NCBI GenBank assembly: GCA_040954595.2
Contig: CM082584.2
Coordinates: forward strand, 6,653,919 to 6,717,918
Source of the DNA: Balanoglossus misakiensis
Lineage: Eukaryota; Animalia; Hemichordata
Reading direction: 5' to 3'
Length of the DNA: 64,000 nucleotides
Shown here: positions 51,379 through 64,000 of the stretch, piece by piece
How positions within the stretch are numbered: the stretch's first letter is position 1
Layout: each line of letters starts with the position of its first letter
The notes under the pieces: model-generated
Databases searched by the model: none
What the model was told of the DNA's origin: nothing
The model's input: only the letters and a program-made list of their open reading frames with translations
Translations under genes and position numbers: made by a program

Positions 51379-54210
51379 CAATCGATAGTATAGCGACAAT
51401 AGTAGAATTACATCAGGACATCAGTGAATATAATATGTAGCAGCAACGGCATCAGATAAACAGCTGGTAGATCAATAGTCGAACGGTCAAATGGCCATAT
51501 GATCATTGTAACTGTCGCTGGCATTGGTTATTTCGGTCCGCTTTGTAAGAGCCGAATTAACTCAGGCGATCCGCATTATTTTCAAAATAACGTGTCACCA
51601 AAAAGCCACAAATCCGGTAAAAACGATTACGGAAAGCGCGATCAGAAGCTTCCAGCTCAAAAGTTGAACCGTCGGCTGTTTTTACACGACTTATGTGCGC
51701 AGAACATCGCGGTCGCACGCGAAACAAGGCTATAGACTAGCTGAAAATATATATTAATATATACACAGATGTACATCAGGCGGTATGTAATTGTGTACTA
51801 GTATGTGAATTGTGGTCGGTGATATGAAACACAATGTGGGCATCTCAGCGCGTCACGTGGACTGGAAGACGGATCGATCAACTGACATCAATGGATGTAT
51901 GTCGTCACGATCGCTCCAGAAACGTGTTGGAACTAACAAGTACAGATTAACAAGATCGTATAGACAGACGGAGACGTAACTAAGACGGGTTACCATGGCA
52001 ACTTTAATTTCAGTTGATTTAAAAAAAACAGATTTTGATTTTTTGCGTGTTCCTCAAACGCTCCATGAACGTGCATGTGTGTCTGTCAGTCTGTTTTGTC
52101 GAGTCCCTGGGGTCCGATCGCGCACAGGATCACTGCAGAGCTCGGAGGTTGACAGGAGACGCTTGTAACGTTCGCGTTATCCGAGCGACGTGCCCTTACA
52201 TAGACTTGCAGGGCCCGGCCGTGCATAGACGAATATACTCGTCTTGACAAGTACTCCTGTGTGAGCACTATAGTGTAGACGATGGATCCCATGCTCTGCG
52301 GATGGGGGTAAGCGACACACGGAAGCGACGGGCGGTCTGATACACAATGCGGATACGTTCTCAGGAATTAGAATATGCACTTATAAACACCGTACGTTGG
52401 TTTCCGCACAGAATAAATCGCTCCGTGAGTCATTTATTTGTTTGCGCTTTTCCTTGCGCATAAATGACACGAATTGCGATATACCGTCACGTGATGCACA
52501 TAATTAATTAGATTTTAAAAAATACATCAAACTCCGTCTCAGCGGCCGTTTTTATATTGCTCTAATATTTATTTATTTATTTTTGTCTATAACAGATTTA
52601 TTGGGAAGAATTTTGTTGTGTGCATCATGTACTGTTGCGACGGATTCTCCTGACTTTCGTCATGAGAGGGAGCTGGTTTGGGGGCGTGGGGGGGGGGGGC
52701 ATTGATCCTCATTCTCATGGGAGGGTATATCATAGCGGTCCGACATTATCGCACGGAAATTGTCCACATTCTGATCTGCTACTTCACCTAAAGACTCGCC
52801 TGCGAATGCGTCACAATCTCTATTGACACACTGGCGCGCAAAACACAGGGGCGCGATGGCGCTTGCGAGTGGTTGATCCCGACTCGACTCGGAACAACGT
52901 ACCCCCGCCACTGCACTGCACCGCGGGTCTTTCATGATTCATTGGACCAGTCCTTGACTTGTGATATTTGAAACACGACTTTTTGTTGGCGTTATAAAAA
53001 TTCCTCGCAATTTTCATTCCTGTTTTAAAACACCCCACTGGTCAAGGAAATAAATGCTTCGTGGCAAGCAGTTGCCGATATCCTCTGCTGCGCGACCCAT
53101 TTCTCTTCTCCGGGCTTTCTTCACGTTCAGACTTCACAACCGGAAACGGACTTATACCCCGTGCGCGACAGGCGATCGCGACCTTGTGCGCCGGAGTTCG
53201 GTAGCACCCGCAGCGCGGACTACCGGATTAGGTGAGCTGCTGCAGACGGGTGTTTTCGGCCCGACAGTTGCCGAGCAAGTCGTGGAAAACAGGCGGACAT
53301 GTATTATGATTTCAATGGACAAAGAGGCATTATACAGTTGCGCGTGCGCTATTCCCACACGTAATTTCAAACTGACCTGTCTGACTTCAGCCGTAACAGA
53401 ATAATATAGGTTGGGGTTTCGTGGTGACGTCATCTTGCGTGATACGGTAAAGTACACACGCGGACGATAATAAATTGAAATAAGTCGAGAAATGTCGTTA
53501 GTGTACGCTATTGTCGCTTGATTGTCAATAACACCCAATTCAGAAGACATTTGTACGTGCGACGGTAACCTGTCTTGGCGGCTGCACTGAGTGAGAGCGC
53601 AGAATCCCCTCCTTTTTCGCGTCTCTTGTCCGAGACCCAGAAAATTTGCCCACAAAGGCATCCAGATGCCCTTTGTTAGGCAATAACCGCTTGCTTTGTC
53701 GCCCGAGTTTAATGAGTCGCTGTAGATGCTTGCAGATGCACGGGAACAAAGTTGAGAGTGCGTTTGGTAAGAGATATGCTGCTTACTTTCATGCGGCCAT
53801 GGCGGACAGACGCACTCTGTAAGTGCGCAAAACGATTATTCAAAAAGAGCCCGCACCCGCCGTCGCAGTACATATTCAACGTGTTACAACCTTGTATGAG
53901 AGTTCAATTGACCAGATAGTGAGAGAAAAATATTAGCCGATCATAAGAAAATTTACACTTTGATCGTAAGTAGATAATTATCCTTAATTTTTCTGATTAA
54001 AGTTTTTGCAAATTCCCTCATTTTAGCAAAACTCCCAGAGAGCACCGCGTATCAGTACCGCTACGCGTGCGCAGTAACGCGAAACCGCCTAATTAAGTAT
54101 TCGCGTTTTGCGCTGAATTTTCGGAGACTGGCCTTCGCCGAAAACCACCGCAAAATTCGGCTAGCTTTGTGTCTGGAGAATAGGGCCAGATCGTCAATCG
54201 GGCACTGAGG

Positions 54211-57200
54211 ATGGCCAACGCTAAGTACAAAGATTGGATTCTCGAAACAATCGACTCGCTCCGCAAGCGAAAAGCGCGACCCGACATCGAGCGTATATGC
54301 CACATGGTCAAGCGCAAACATGGAGTAGCGGCCGCTGAAACCGAGGCGGAGTTGGAGCGCTTGGTTGACTCGGAAATCGTCATAAAAGTTGACTACAAAG
54401 GGAGTACAAGTTACCGCAATGCGGCGAAGTGGAGAAAAAGCCACCTTAGCGGCAATGTTCTGAACTCGGCCGAAGCTACGCGCATTCTGAAGAACGCCGT
54501 GAAGAAACTGACCGAGGAAGATGGCCGCAATACGGGTACAGGGATTAGGGAAATTGAAAAGTTTTTGACTGCTCAGGATCACAACACGAGATTCGTGAAG
54601 TCCCATCTGCAAGTAGCACTTCAGAGGGAAGTTGGAGCCGCTAGACTTCTGAGGTTGACAAATGGAAACTACAGCCTATCAAAGGAGAGCGAGTCGCCGA
54701 AAAAGGCCGGTCGCCCTGCCAAGCGGAAGGTAAAAAAACAAGACTTCATTTGGGTTTGAAATACACAACCACGGTTTATTTGCATAGCCGTTGAAATGGA
54801 GCAGCGCTGCGTTTCAGCCCTCTCGCGAGGGCAAGTTTTGTTCAGCGAAAAACTTGCAGCATTTTGTACGCCCTTACATAACCGCGACAGCGGATAACTA
54901 CTAACAACAAACACGGGGTCTTTGTGGCGGTGGCTTGTCTCAGAAACCAAGTAGAGCGACGTGCGTCCGGGAAATCCAGACTGAGAGAAAGAATAGCTGT
55001 ATGTCTGAGCTGCGCAAAAAAAAAGAGACGGCGCGACGAGCGTCAGCCTGGCCGCGTCCGCGTCCGCGCACAACACTGAAATACGCACATACGTGTGGCG
55101 TGAATATATAGTGTTGTAATTTGCATACTACTTTGGGGACAAATTTTCCCGAAGACATTTTTTTGTACATTTAGCGCCGTTCGGAATGACCCCCACTGCT
55201 TGTTTGAAATTTAACTAAAGCGTTAATTTTTGCGCTAGGTTTCATTTCGGGCGATGGGGATTCTATTCAGGTGGAAATCGCCGGCAAAAATTATGCGCCT
55301 CGCGGTTCAAGCCAAGCGAGGATGTGCGCGTATTGTCGATTTGCATGATTCGGTGAAAAGAGCGCAAACGGGTACGGTTTCAGCTCGCCGGAATGATTAA
55401 ATATTCAGCTCGATTCTCACAGGGTAAACGACGGAAGTGGCGTGTCAGGCCATTTCGGAGGCCAGCATGCAATCGCAAGCGAGTACAATTTTCGCGCTGT
55501 TGAACTTGCAGTGGGGGGGGGGGGTGGGGAGAGGGGGAAGAAACGAAAGTGTGAGCGCGTATTAATCGCGCCATCGCAGGTTTCCGTTTTTAATTAGGAT
55601 GTCTATACATTTTCTTTCCTTGCTGGATTTTTTTTACAAATGCATTTGAGTGGAATTTAAATTTATATATTGCAAAACGAAAACGTGAAAGAGTATTTCT
55701 GTTAGATCTTTCACTGGAAATTCATTTTAAAGGCGTCTTGGTCGCCGTCTCCGTAACTATGTGAGGTGATGCGCATGGAGAGAGATTGGTTCGTTTTTTA
55801 TCCGGTTTCTTTATTCCAAGAAAATTCGCGTCGCTTTTCATTTCCGAAATAACAAAAAATGTCAACGTTTTTCAGGTTTTTTTTCCCCAAGGCGGAAAGG
55901 TGAGCGGATGTGAACTTTAAGAATTCAAGAGTCGAGCCTCAGCTCAACACTTGCCGCCTTTGAAAGTGACTCTCGCGTGCGGGTGACCTTGACCCCAAAT
56001 TTAGATCATGTGTTCAGACAGCTCCGTCGAATCAATTAAGACAAGACTACGTGCAAAATTCAATGGCGCCCGATCACCGGAGAAAATTCTAACCCCTGAT
56101 TTATTCGCTGCTTGAAAAAAACAGGCGCGCACACTTTGGGTTTTCCAGTCAAGATTTTTTGGTCGGTTTAATATTTCCTGCTTTACAGAACAATTATCTT
56201 CTGACAGTGGCTTTCTCCTGAAGAAAATAAGGACTTTCACTATCTCTTGTTACCATGGCAACCGCTTAAGGACAAGTAGAGCGACTGACATTTTAAGCTG
56301 GAAAAAATGTCTTTCTTTCATAGCTGCCTTCTGAAAACAAGTCCCCTGCATTCCCTTCAGAATCAGAAGCAAAGTCCAGTACCACCAGATATTAATATAG
56401 CACCGTTTTTAAATTGTTAAAATTGAACTGAGAAGTTGTTTTTTTGGGTTGATAAGATAAGGATTGGATCGAATATATATCACTGTACACTAAAAAATTG
56501 CTTCTAGCAAGATCTCCACTCCTCTGCATACATGTACAGTAACATGTACCTTATGATGTCAGTGACATCATCATTTCTGGTGTGTGCTTATAAGTGATGT
56601 CATCAGATTGTGCACCAGCAAGCAGGGCCAGCCTTTGAGTGATGCCATCAACTATCACTAACAGCATTTTCAAGTCAGCAGAGTCCTATAAATTAGCATG
56701 TGATAAGGGAGGGTAAATAACAGTATGCAGTTACAAAATTTTGTTTTGCATCAAAATATTACCTTTTTCCGGATATATCACGTTCAGTGAGTACCATACC
56801 AAAAAAGTGAAATTACCAACGTTATTTACTATATAGCAGTTTCTAATTCTCTCATAAGAGTGACTTGATTGGAGTTAGGAAAATTTTCCAGTTTAGGGTG
56901 TTTGGAGTCAATTTCCCCCATTTGAAAAGATGAAATGGAAGATTATATTCTCTTGTTTCAGCAAAAAATAAAAACAAAATTGAGTTAGGGTCACTTTCCA
57001 GTCAATGCTTGTCAACATGGTCATTGGGAGTCAAAAGTTGCTGGTTGGGTCAAAGGTCGTTGATAGACATGGTCTTTTTAACTGTTGACTGTTATTGGGT
57101 TAAGAGGTGCTCATAAAATGGCCAGTGAATAATAAAATTCTTTTAAAATGTAACCGTAGCATCACAAACATTACAGTTTTCAAGATGAGCTAGCTTGTAC

Positions 57201-60200
57201 TATGACTTGCCCATTCCAGCTAACCCCCACCTCCCACCCATGTTAGTGGATTCACCCATGATGAGGAAACTACAGGGCTGAACCAATATGTAGTGAAAAG
57301 GTGTACACATGTATTTGAGTCTGTACAATTTCAGTCATTGCCACTGGTAGGGTATATATTATTGTGTACTACTACTACTACTAGTAGTTCATTGAGGTCA
57401 GAGTTGAAAGGTCACTTCCTGTAGAGTGACCTTTCAATCTTGCCATTGGATCTGGACTGCTTTTAATGAAGGTGTGATTTTCAGAGGTACGTGCGTCCAT
57501 CAGTGAATCCTAACAGTAACATTAGTCGATTCATTTAATTTACACCCCTCCCGGCTAGACCAAATTCCTTAGGTGTGGTTTTTAGGACGAGTATAATCAA
57601 AAATTCTCACATGTTTATATTGTGCACATCATAACAGTGGAGGCAATAGATATATCTTACGTTTTATGAATGACCGATAGAAATGGGTCCTTAATTTCAT
57701 GAATGTTTTCAGCACAAGTTGTCCAGTATTTTGGGGCAGTACACCAGGGAATGTTACCGGGGTTCCCCTGTCAATTTATCAGGGTTTCCTTTGGTAGACC
57801 AGTGCAGTCACTGTAACCCAGGCTTTGTACCCTGACCCCTGGTGACCTATGACCTCATTTGGAAGTTTCCTTCCAAGTCGGTCTCCAAGGGTATAACAGA
57901 AGTGTTACCAGGGTTTCCCAAATCATTGGCTACTGTTCCCCAACCTTAGCAGAAAACACCGGTTGCGTGACAGATCATCAGATTGTCTGCAAATTTTCAA
58001 TCTGGTTAAAATGAAATGTAGGATTGACTCACTATCTTTACATTTCGCTGGTTCGCCGTATCCGAGAACAGAACAGCAAAGAAATGTAAAAACCAAGCCA
58101 ACCTTACATCTGATTTTAATCAGAGAGCAAATTTCCACCACATCTAACAGAAGTTTTCCTAATAATGCATTGAAAAACATACTGTGCGGTGTAGCAGTTA
58201 AGTTACCAAGAACAATTTCATTTTCCGTCAGCTCAGAAGTTTTGCTGGAAAAATCCTTTATACATTTAAGAGTAAAAAATAGCGCGGTAGTGCTGTTTTG
58301 GCTGAGGCCGTAAATGGTGCTTGTTATTGTTTGACCTTCACCTGACAGCTCCTGTTCATTTTGGCCAGAAATGCGATCCACGTTATATAATGAGCATTTG
58401 TAATGGTAGCCTCACTAATAGAAGTTGGTCAATAAATGAAAACCCCAGTGTCAATGTCACTGGGCTGCTTGGTGACTACTTCAGTGGTGGCTTGTTTACT
58501 CGCTTTGACATTTTAGCCAATTCCGCTGCTTTAAAGGGGGAATCTGTCTTGTTCATGCAAACGTTGGCTACTGCTTGTGCCAGGTTTGACTATGGTTCAA
58601 ACAGTGTTTCATAGAAATTAAAAAACACAGTGAGCTTCCTATCACACATGGTAGTTCAACAGAACTTGGTCGTGCTGGTTTTAAGACGGGTGTACGCGTA
58701 AGGACAGATTCCAATTGCATGAAATTATCAGTGTTTTGTTGCTGTTTTGGAATTCGTGGGTTTATTTTTCTTCGCTGTATGCAGTTTATGACTTGACAGA
58801 CGTAGGTTTGTATGGGGAATGTTGACAACGAAATTCCATGCACACCCACCCACACAGGGAATTTGAGTTGTTTGGGGTCTTATCCAGTGCATAACTGTAT
58901 GAAACGCAAACAAGCGTTATGCAAGGAGAAACAAAAGACCAGCCTTTGCCCAGTAATTGAGCTTTTGTTTTCAACCTTATTAACAATTCATGCCCTCCCC
59001 CTCCCTGTGGATACACTCAACTTTAATTATGGGTCACCCCCCAAAAAAGTCAATATCCCTGTCACGAGGAAGGGTTTTCAGAAACTAGGAAAAACGTACA
59101 ACACTTTGACCTGGAGAATATTTGATAAGAAACCCTACAAGACCTTTGGATTGTCCTGTTTTGTTATTGCGGGACCACACCACTGTTTTGGAGGGGGGGG
59201 GGGTATTGTGGGGGTATTGTCTGGCATTAAATTACTGAAGAAGTAAATGGCACATATTCATCTAGCCAGCCGTTCAAATGTACTACCGTATATGTAAAGT
59301 ACATATGACCCTTTTCTGTGCTGAATACATGTATTTCAGACATTACTATAACCATGACAACAGTATTTCTTGCAAACGTGCATTTCAAAAGTGATTTTGA
59401 TCCCTGCGAACTACTGTTTTCTAGAGCAGATTATAGGAGAGCATGCTGTTCAGTTGTCGATCATTAGTGGAATTCAGAAACAATAGCAAATCCAAAATTT
59501 AAGACCTGACTCACACTACTTGCATTTGTTATGCAAATAAGTGTCTGCTTTTCTAAGGGTGCATGTTCTCTAGTGTCAGTAAAGTTTAACTGTATTTTTC
59601 ATCCATTCTTGATGTTTTGCACGTCATATTATGGTGTGTATTCCTGGGTCTATCCAAAAATGATAATTTTTTATGTAGTATAATTTGAGCAAGGGTACTA
59701 TTATTCAGGTTAATTAAATGATGAATAATAGGAGTCTGAGAAGGATTCAAGATCAACTTTGAGACCCAGTTCGGACAGTGCCCATGCAAGTATTAGCACG
59801 CCCACTTCCTAATTTCTGGATTTTTTTTTATATCCTTGCGCAGCGAATCAAGAAGACACATGGCCCAGAATTCGAACAAGAGCCTCTGTCGAAGCCAAAC
59901 TCCAAGGAGGCCGAGGAGGACGACGACGACATGGACACAAAGTGCGACTACTGCCTGCTGACGGCCGAGTGCAACCGGTCGGGTGACAGCGAGGAGTTGC
60001 TCATTTGCAAAGACTGCAATGCCAAAGGTGAGGGAACGATGCACAAACAAACAAACCAAAACAGTGGTTGCCCTGGCAACAGAAGGCATCCATCTTTTGC
60101 GCTTCCTGTTGGCAGTTCAGTTCACAAGAAAATGGAGGCTTAAGAACTCGATGGCAGACGACAATTAAAGGGGGGGGGGCAGTCTTAGCTGAGTGATTTG

Positions 60201-63200
60201 AAGACACAAATTTTGTCCATTTTTTTTTTTCATTTTCAGTTTTTTAATGCCTAATTATGATTTTCAATTGAGAAAATCCTCTGTGCGTGATTTTTATTGC
60301 TGATTTTGTTTTCTCTCACCAGCACATCCATCCTGCATGAACTACTCGGCAAAATTAGCAATCAGAGCGAGAATGTCGCCCTGGCAGTGTTTTGACTGTA
60401 AAACCTGCTTTGTTTGCGGTGATGCAGGCGACGCAGTAAGTGTCAATGTTCTTTTGGTGGTCATTTCTTGGTCCATTACATTCATCCACACTAACTGACC
60501 TCAGATGAAGGTGACATATGAGGTCACACTGACCTTGGGGCTAATGGTTCACTGTTTGCTCTGGTGGTCAAGAAGTCTCTTTGAAATATGGCCAATCTGT
60601 ATAAGTTGCTTCTCAGTTTCAAACAACAGATTGGCTTATGTTAAGTCATCATTGCCAAAGTGTGGGTCTCTGCTAAATTTAATTGTTATTAATCTAAAAT
60701 CCCAAGAAATTCGGAAGATAATTTTTTGGATCTAATGTGTTTGTGTCTACCTTTTCAAATTTCAGGACAGTCTTCTGTTTTGTGATTCGTGCGACAAAGG
60801 CTATCACATGGCCTGCCACAAACCTCCAGTCATCAAGAAACCAACAGGTAAATGATGGGAAAGAAAACTACGTATGCCACTGTTCAATATATCAGATTAC
60901 CTATCCTTAATATCTAGTGCTGTAAGATATTTCTGAAGTACTGTTTTTTCCCTGGTTAAGGCCGAGTCAAGTGGTCAATCAAAGGACCCACCCCTGTTTA
61001 TATATTGGGCAGATGAAGGCTGGGTTTTCAAGGCCAGTTCGACTTAGCTCACCTAGCGGCTTACTGTCACACCTCATTCGAATACAAGTTAACAACTGCA
61101 CAGGCTGCATAAGGTTACAAAAATAACAGTGGCAATCTGCAAACACTGGACCAGTCCATTGTAAATCCATAGTATTAGCAAAGTGGAAAAGGAACCTTAA
61201 TCTGTAGTGTGATTGAGGTCATACAAGCATCCTGTCAAGGTGTCCTACTCATAATTCTGTGGCCTGGGTGATTTGGCCAGTCAGACAACAACAACAAACA
61301 AACAAACAATGCATAACAATACAAGAATGGTGCCCAAAGCTAGCCAGTAGTTTCAGATTTCCCTTTCTGTTTCTATTGTCTCAACTCTGTATATTTCTCT
61401 CACCCATGTACTACGCAGGGAAATGGATGTGTGACACGTGCGTCAAGGAAGATCCATCCAATTTGAATTCGGGCTCGGCCACACCTGCTACGGTGACCAG
61501 TGAGAGCGAGAGTGAGGCGGTTGAAGAGGACCAATCAGAAAAGGGTAAAGATGTCCTGGACTGTCAGTCACACGGTTGGTGTTTTTCTGGAAAAATCCTG
61601 AAAGTTCTGAAACGATGAACTCTACTTCCAGAAAGTCCTGTAAAAATATTTCCAGCCTGCCACCGATTGTGAAAAAAACTTTTGATAAAATAACAGTAGA
61701 CTAGTAAAGACATCGGAAACTGAAATATAGCCAATCACAGATTTTCAGTTGGTGGCACAAGCGAAAAAAAGTACGCCATCACACATTTCAGGCTTAGACA
61801 TGCCCTTGTGACCAAATGCGGAAATTTAGTGATGTTGATGCTCTTAATCTGGGGTGTCCAAATGGACCAAGTCAGTCCAGACTGTTTGATCATACTTTCA
61901 TGTCAGTATTGGACTTTGCATGCCTGTGGGTTAAGTGCCTCGAGCATGATTGTCAGTAGGCTTAACTTGTGCTCCCGTTCTCTTCCCTCTTTAGTGACTG
62001 CGGATAAAAAACCTGAGCCAACCCCGACCAGGACAGAGTCTCCCAAACCGGAAGAACCGCCTGCCGAGTCTGAACCACCGGCTGAACCCATGGAAGTCGA
62101 TGGAGGGGATGATACTGATGGGAAGGTTGAGGAGGAGGAGGAGGAGAAAGAGGAGGTGGAGAAAGATGAGGAGAAAGAGGAAGAGGAGGAGAAAGAGGAG
62201 GAGGAAAAAGATGAGGAGGAAGAAGAGAAAACGAAAGATGAAGAAGTGAAAGCTGAAGAAGGAGAAGAGGAAGAAGCAGAGGAAGAAGATGCAGAAGCAG
62301 CAGTGGAGGAGGGGGAGGAGGAGGAAGAAGAGGATGAAGAGAAAAAGTCAGAAAAGTCTGTTGATTCCAAGAAATCTGCAAGGTACATCTGTAGTTATTT
62401 TTTAAAGTCATAGTGAGACTGGTTTCATGGATAATGGCTAATAGCTGAGCTACCTGTGGAATTTGCTGATCGCAGTATATAACATTAATCAAAGCATTGA
62501 GGATCAATTATTCTTAGTGTCAGTGTTCTCACATGGAATTGCTGATCAGTAATATCAATTATCAATGCAGTTATGAATGGAGAAATTTGGGCTTGTGACC
62601 ACTTCATTGAATTTGTTACGTTGTTTATTAATCTTCTTAGTTTAATTGTCTTCACTTTAATCTGAACTGAAACACTGTGATATATTACTTTGTACTGTAA
62701 TATCTTGACACAAAATTGAACATAACATTAAACCAATTTGATCATGACTTTCAAATAACCACGTCAACTATTCTGCACACACGCAGCCCGAAATCCGACA
62801 GCAGCAGCCCAGACGTTGCCACGCCGACTGCCCAAACAGCCAATCTTCCGGAACAGTCCGCCAAGTCCGGCGTGCCCAGCGACCCGGCCAACTGGACCAT
62901 CAAGGACGTGGCCAACTATTTCAGAAACGAGGGCTTCCCGCTGCAGGCTCACGTCTTTGAAGAGCAGGTAGGAGAACAGAGTGCATGATCTCGTGAGGGA
63001 ATCTCTGATACACATAATGGCCACGCGTTGCCTGGCCACGAGGGCTGTTGCGCAAGTTCCCCGATAGACTGAGAGTTACCAGGAATATACGCTGTTACCT
63101 GAGGCTATATATATGTCATTGGAAAATAACATGCTGTTCTGGTAAAAACAAAAGGCCAGACAGTTGCGTGTGTGTTTATAAAGATGAATTTTGCAATCAT

Positions 63201-63447
63201 GCTGCAAGAATTTCTTTGCCCTTTCTAGTATTACAAGGCGTGACAAGAAGATAGTGCATTTCATTAGTCATGTGACTAAATTGCGTGTTCTCTGTTTCGA
63301 CAGGAAATCGACGGCAAGTCCCTGCTCCTCCTCAAGAGAAGCGACGTCCTCACGGGACTCTCCCTGAAGCTGGGACCGGCACTGAAGATTTACAACTTTG
63401 TGAAGAAGCTGCAGACACTGAACCAGCCGCCGTCAATCTTCACGTGA
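54211..63447 (+). CDS. SAMD1: SAMD1/atherin-like chromatin protein: winged helix + H15-like domain + double PHD (DPF) + acidic tract + SAM domain; ~578 aa
   Basis: Exons 54211-54729, 59844-60027, 60323-60435, 60766-60847, 61419-61544, 61995-62382, 62787-62967, 63304-63447 (1737 nt, in frame, GT-AG). WH: [43 protein letters not shown]: [50 protein letters not shown]: [59 protein letters not shown]. The symbol rests on the WH+SAM match; the architecture differs from vertebrate SAMD1. Confidence 0.85.
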
Positions 63448-64000
63448 GACCCCGCCCGCGTCCGGGGTTTCCAAACCGCCGTGGAACAGAATGACTGCTG
63501 GTAGTTTAAGGGGAGATCGGTTCAGTTGGATAGTGCTTTTTTCTGCTTAGGACCCATGATGCTTCGTTGCAAATCCCTAACCCTGGTCTGCGGCTAGTGA
63601 ATTTTTTGGGGAAAGGGCGGAATGCTTTCAAGAACATGTAAATCAGATTTTCATGTTTTCAGAAGTTTGTTTCAACGTCATTTCGTGTTCTTGCACTGAG
63701 TACATCTATACGTGTATGTTTGTCTGCTTAGCGCCAACAAATTGTATACATTTTGATCACATTGATTTGTGAAACTGCGGGGATCGCTTCTCAGAGAGCT
63801 GAAAAACTGTGTCTTCCCAGGCTTCAAGCATCACTCAGCCATAAGCCTTGCCTCTATTTCCAGCAGAAATGCAGTGCTTGCCTGGCCCTTGGGTGACAAG
63901 TTGCTTTCTGGAAAACTCTTCGGAGGAAAGTGTGAATATAATTCTAGCACATGCTCAGAAAAGCCTTGGAGGTCCAGCGAGTCTTGGACACTCAACAACT

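Noticed and set aside
54061-54612. 183-aa antisense ORF
   Set aside because: Shadow of the winged-helix exon.
61903-62507. Poly-Ser and Leu/Pro minus-strand ORFs
   Set aside because: Antisense shadows of the Glu-rich exon.
54211-63447. Annotation as KAT6A/KAT6B histone acetyltransferase
   Set aside because: The N-terminus is KAT6-like, but no MYST domain was found, the downstream introns are short, and the gene ends in a SAM domain.

Overview
This is eukaryotic, intron-rich animal DNA; the gene set, MITEs and mosaic CpG pattern suggest a marine invertebrate, probably a deuterostome (inferred). Six spliced genes were reconstructed by hand with GT-AG, phase-consistent exons: KCTD3/SHKBP1 (minus strand) head-to-head with ERI3 (plus), three paralogous type-I transmembrane C-type lectin receptors (one plus-strand gene with two QPD domains, two minus-strand genes with one EPN domain each), and a chromatin gene. 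The chromatin gene joins the KAT6/MOZ-type N-terminus (winged helix, H15-like domain, double PHD) to an acidic tract and a SAMD1-type SAM domain, with no MYST acetyltransferase domain. Other highlights are a tandemly duplicated ERI3 catalytic exon with one frameshifted copy, and lectin-specific cysteine, loop and tail features. Bases 1-17400 contain no recognisable coding sequence and may be the 5' and intronic part of a gene continuing off the left edge. Coordinates were counted by eye and no database searches were run.
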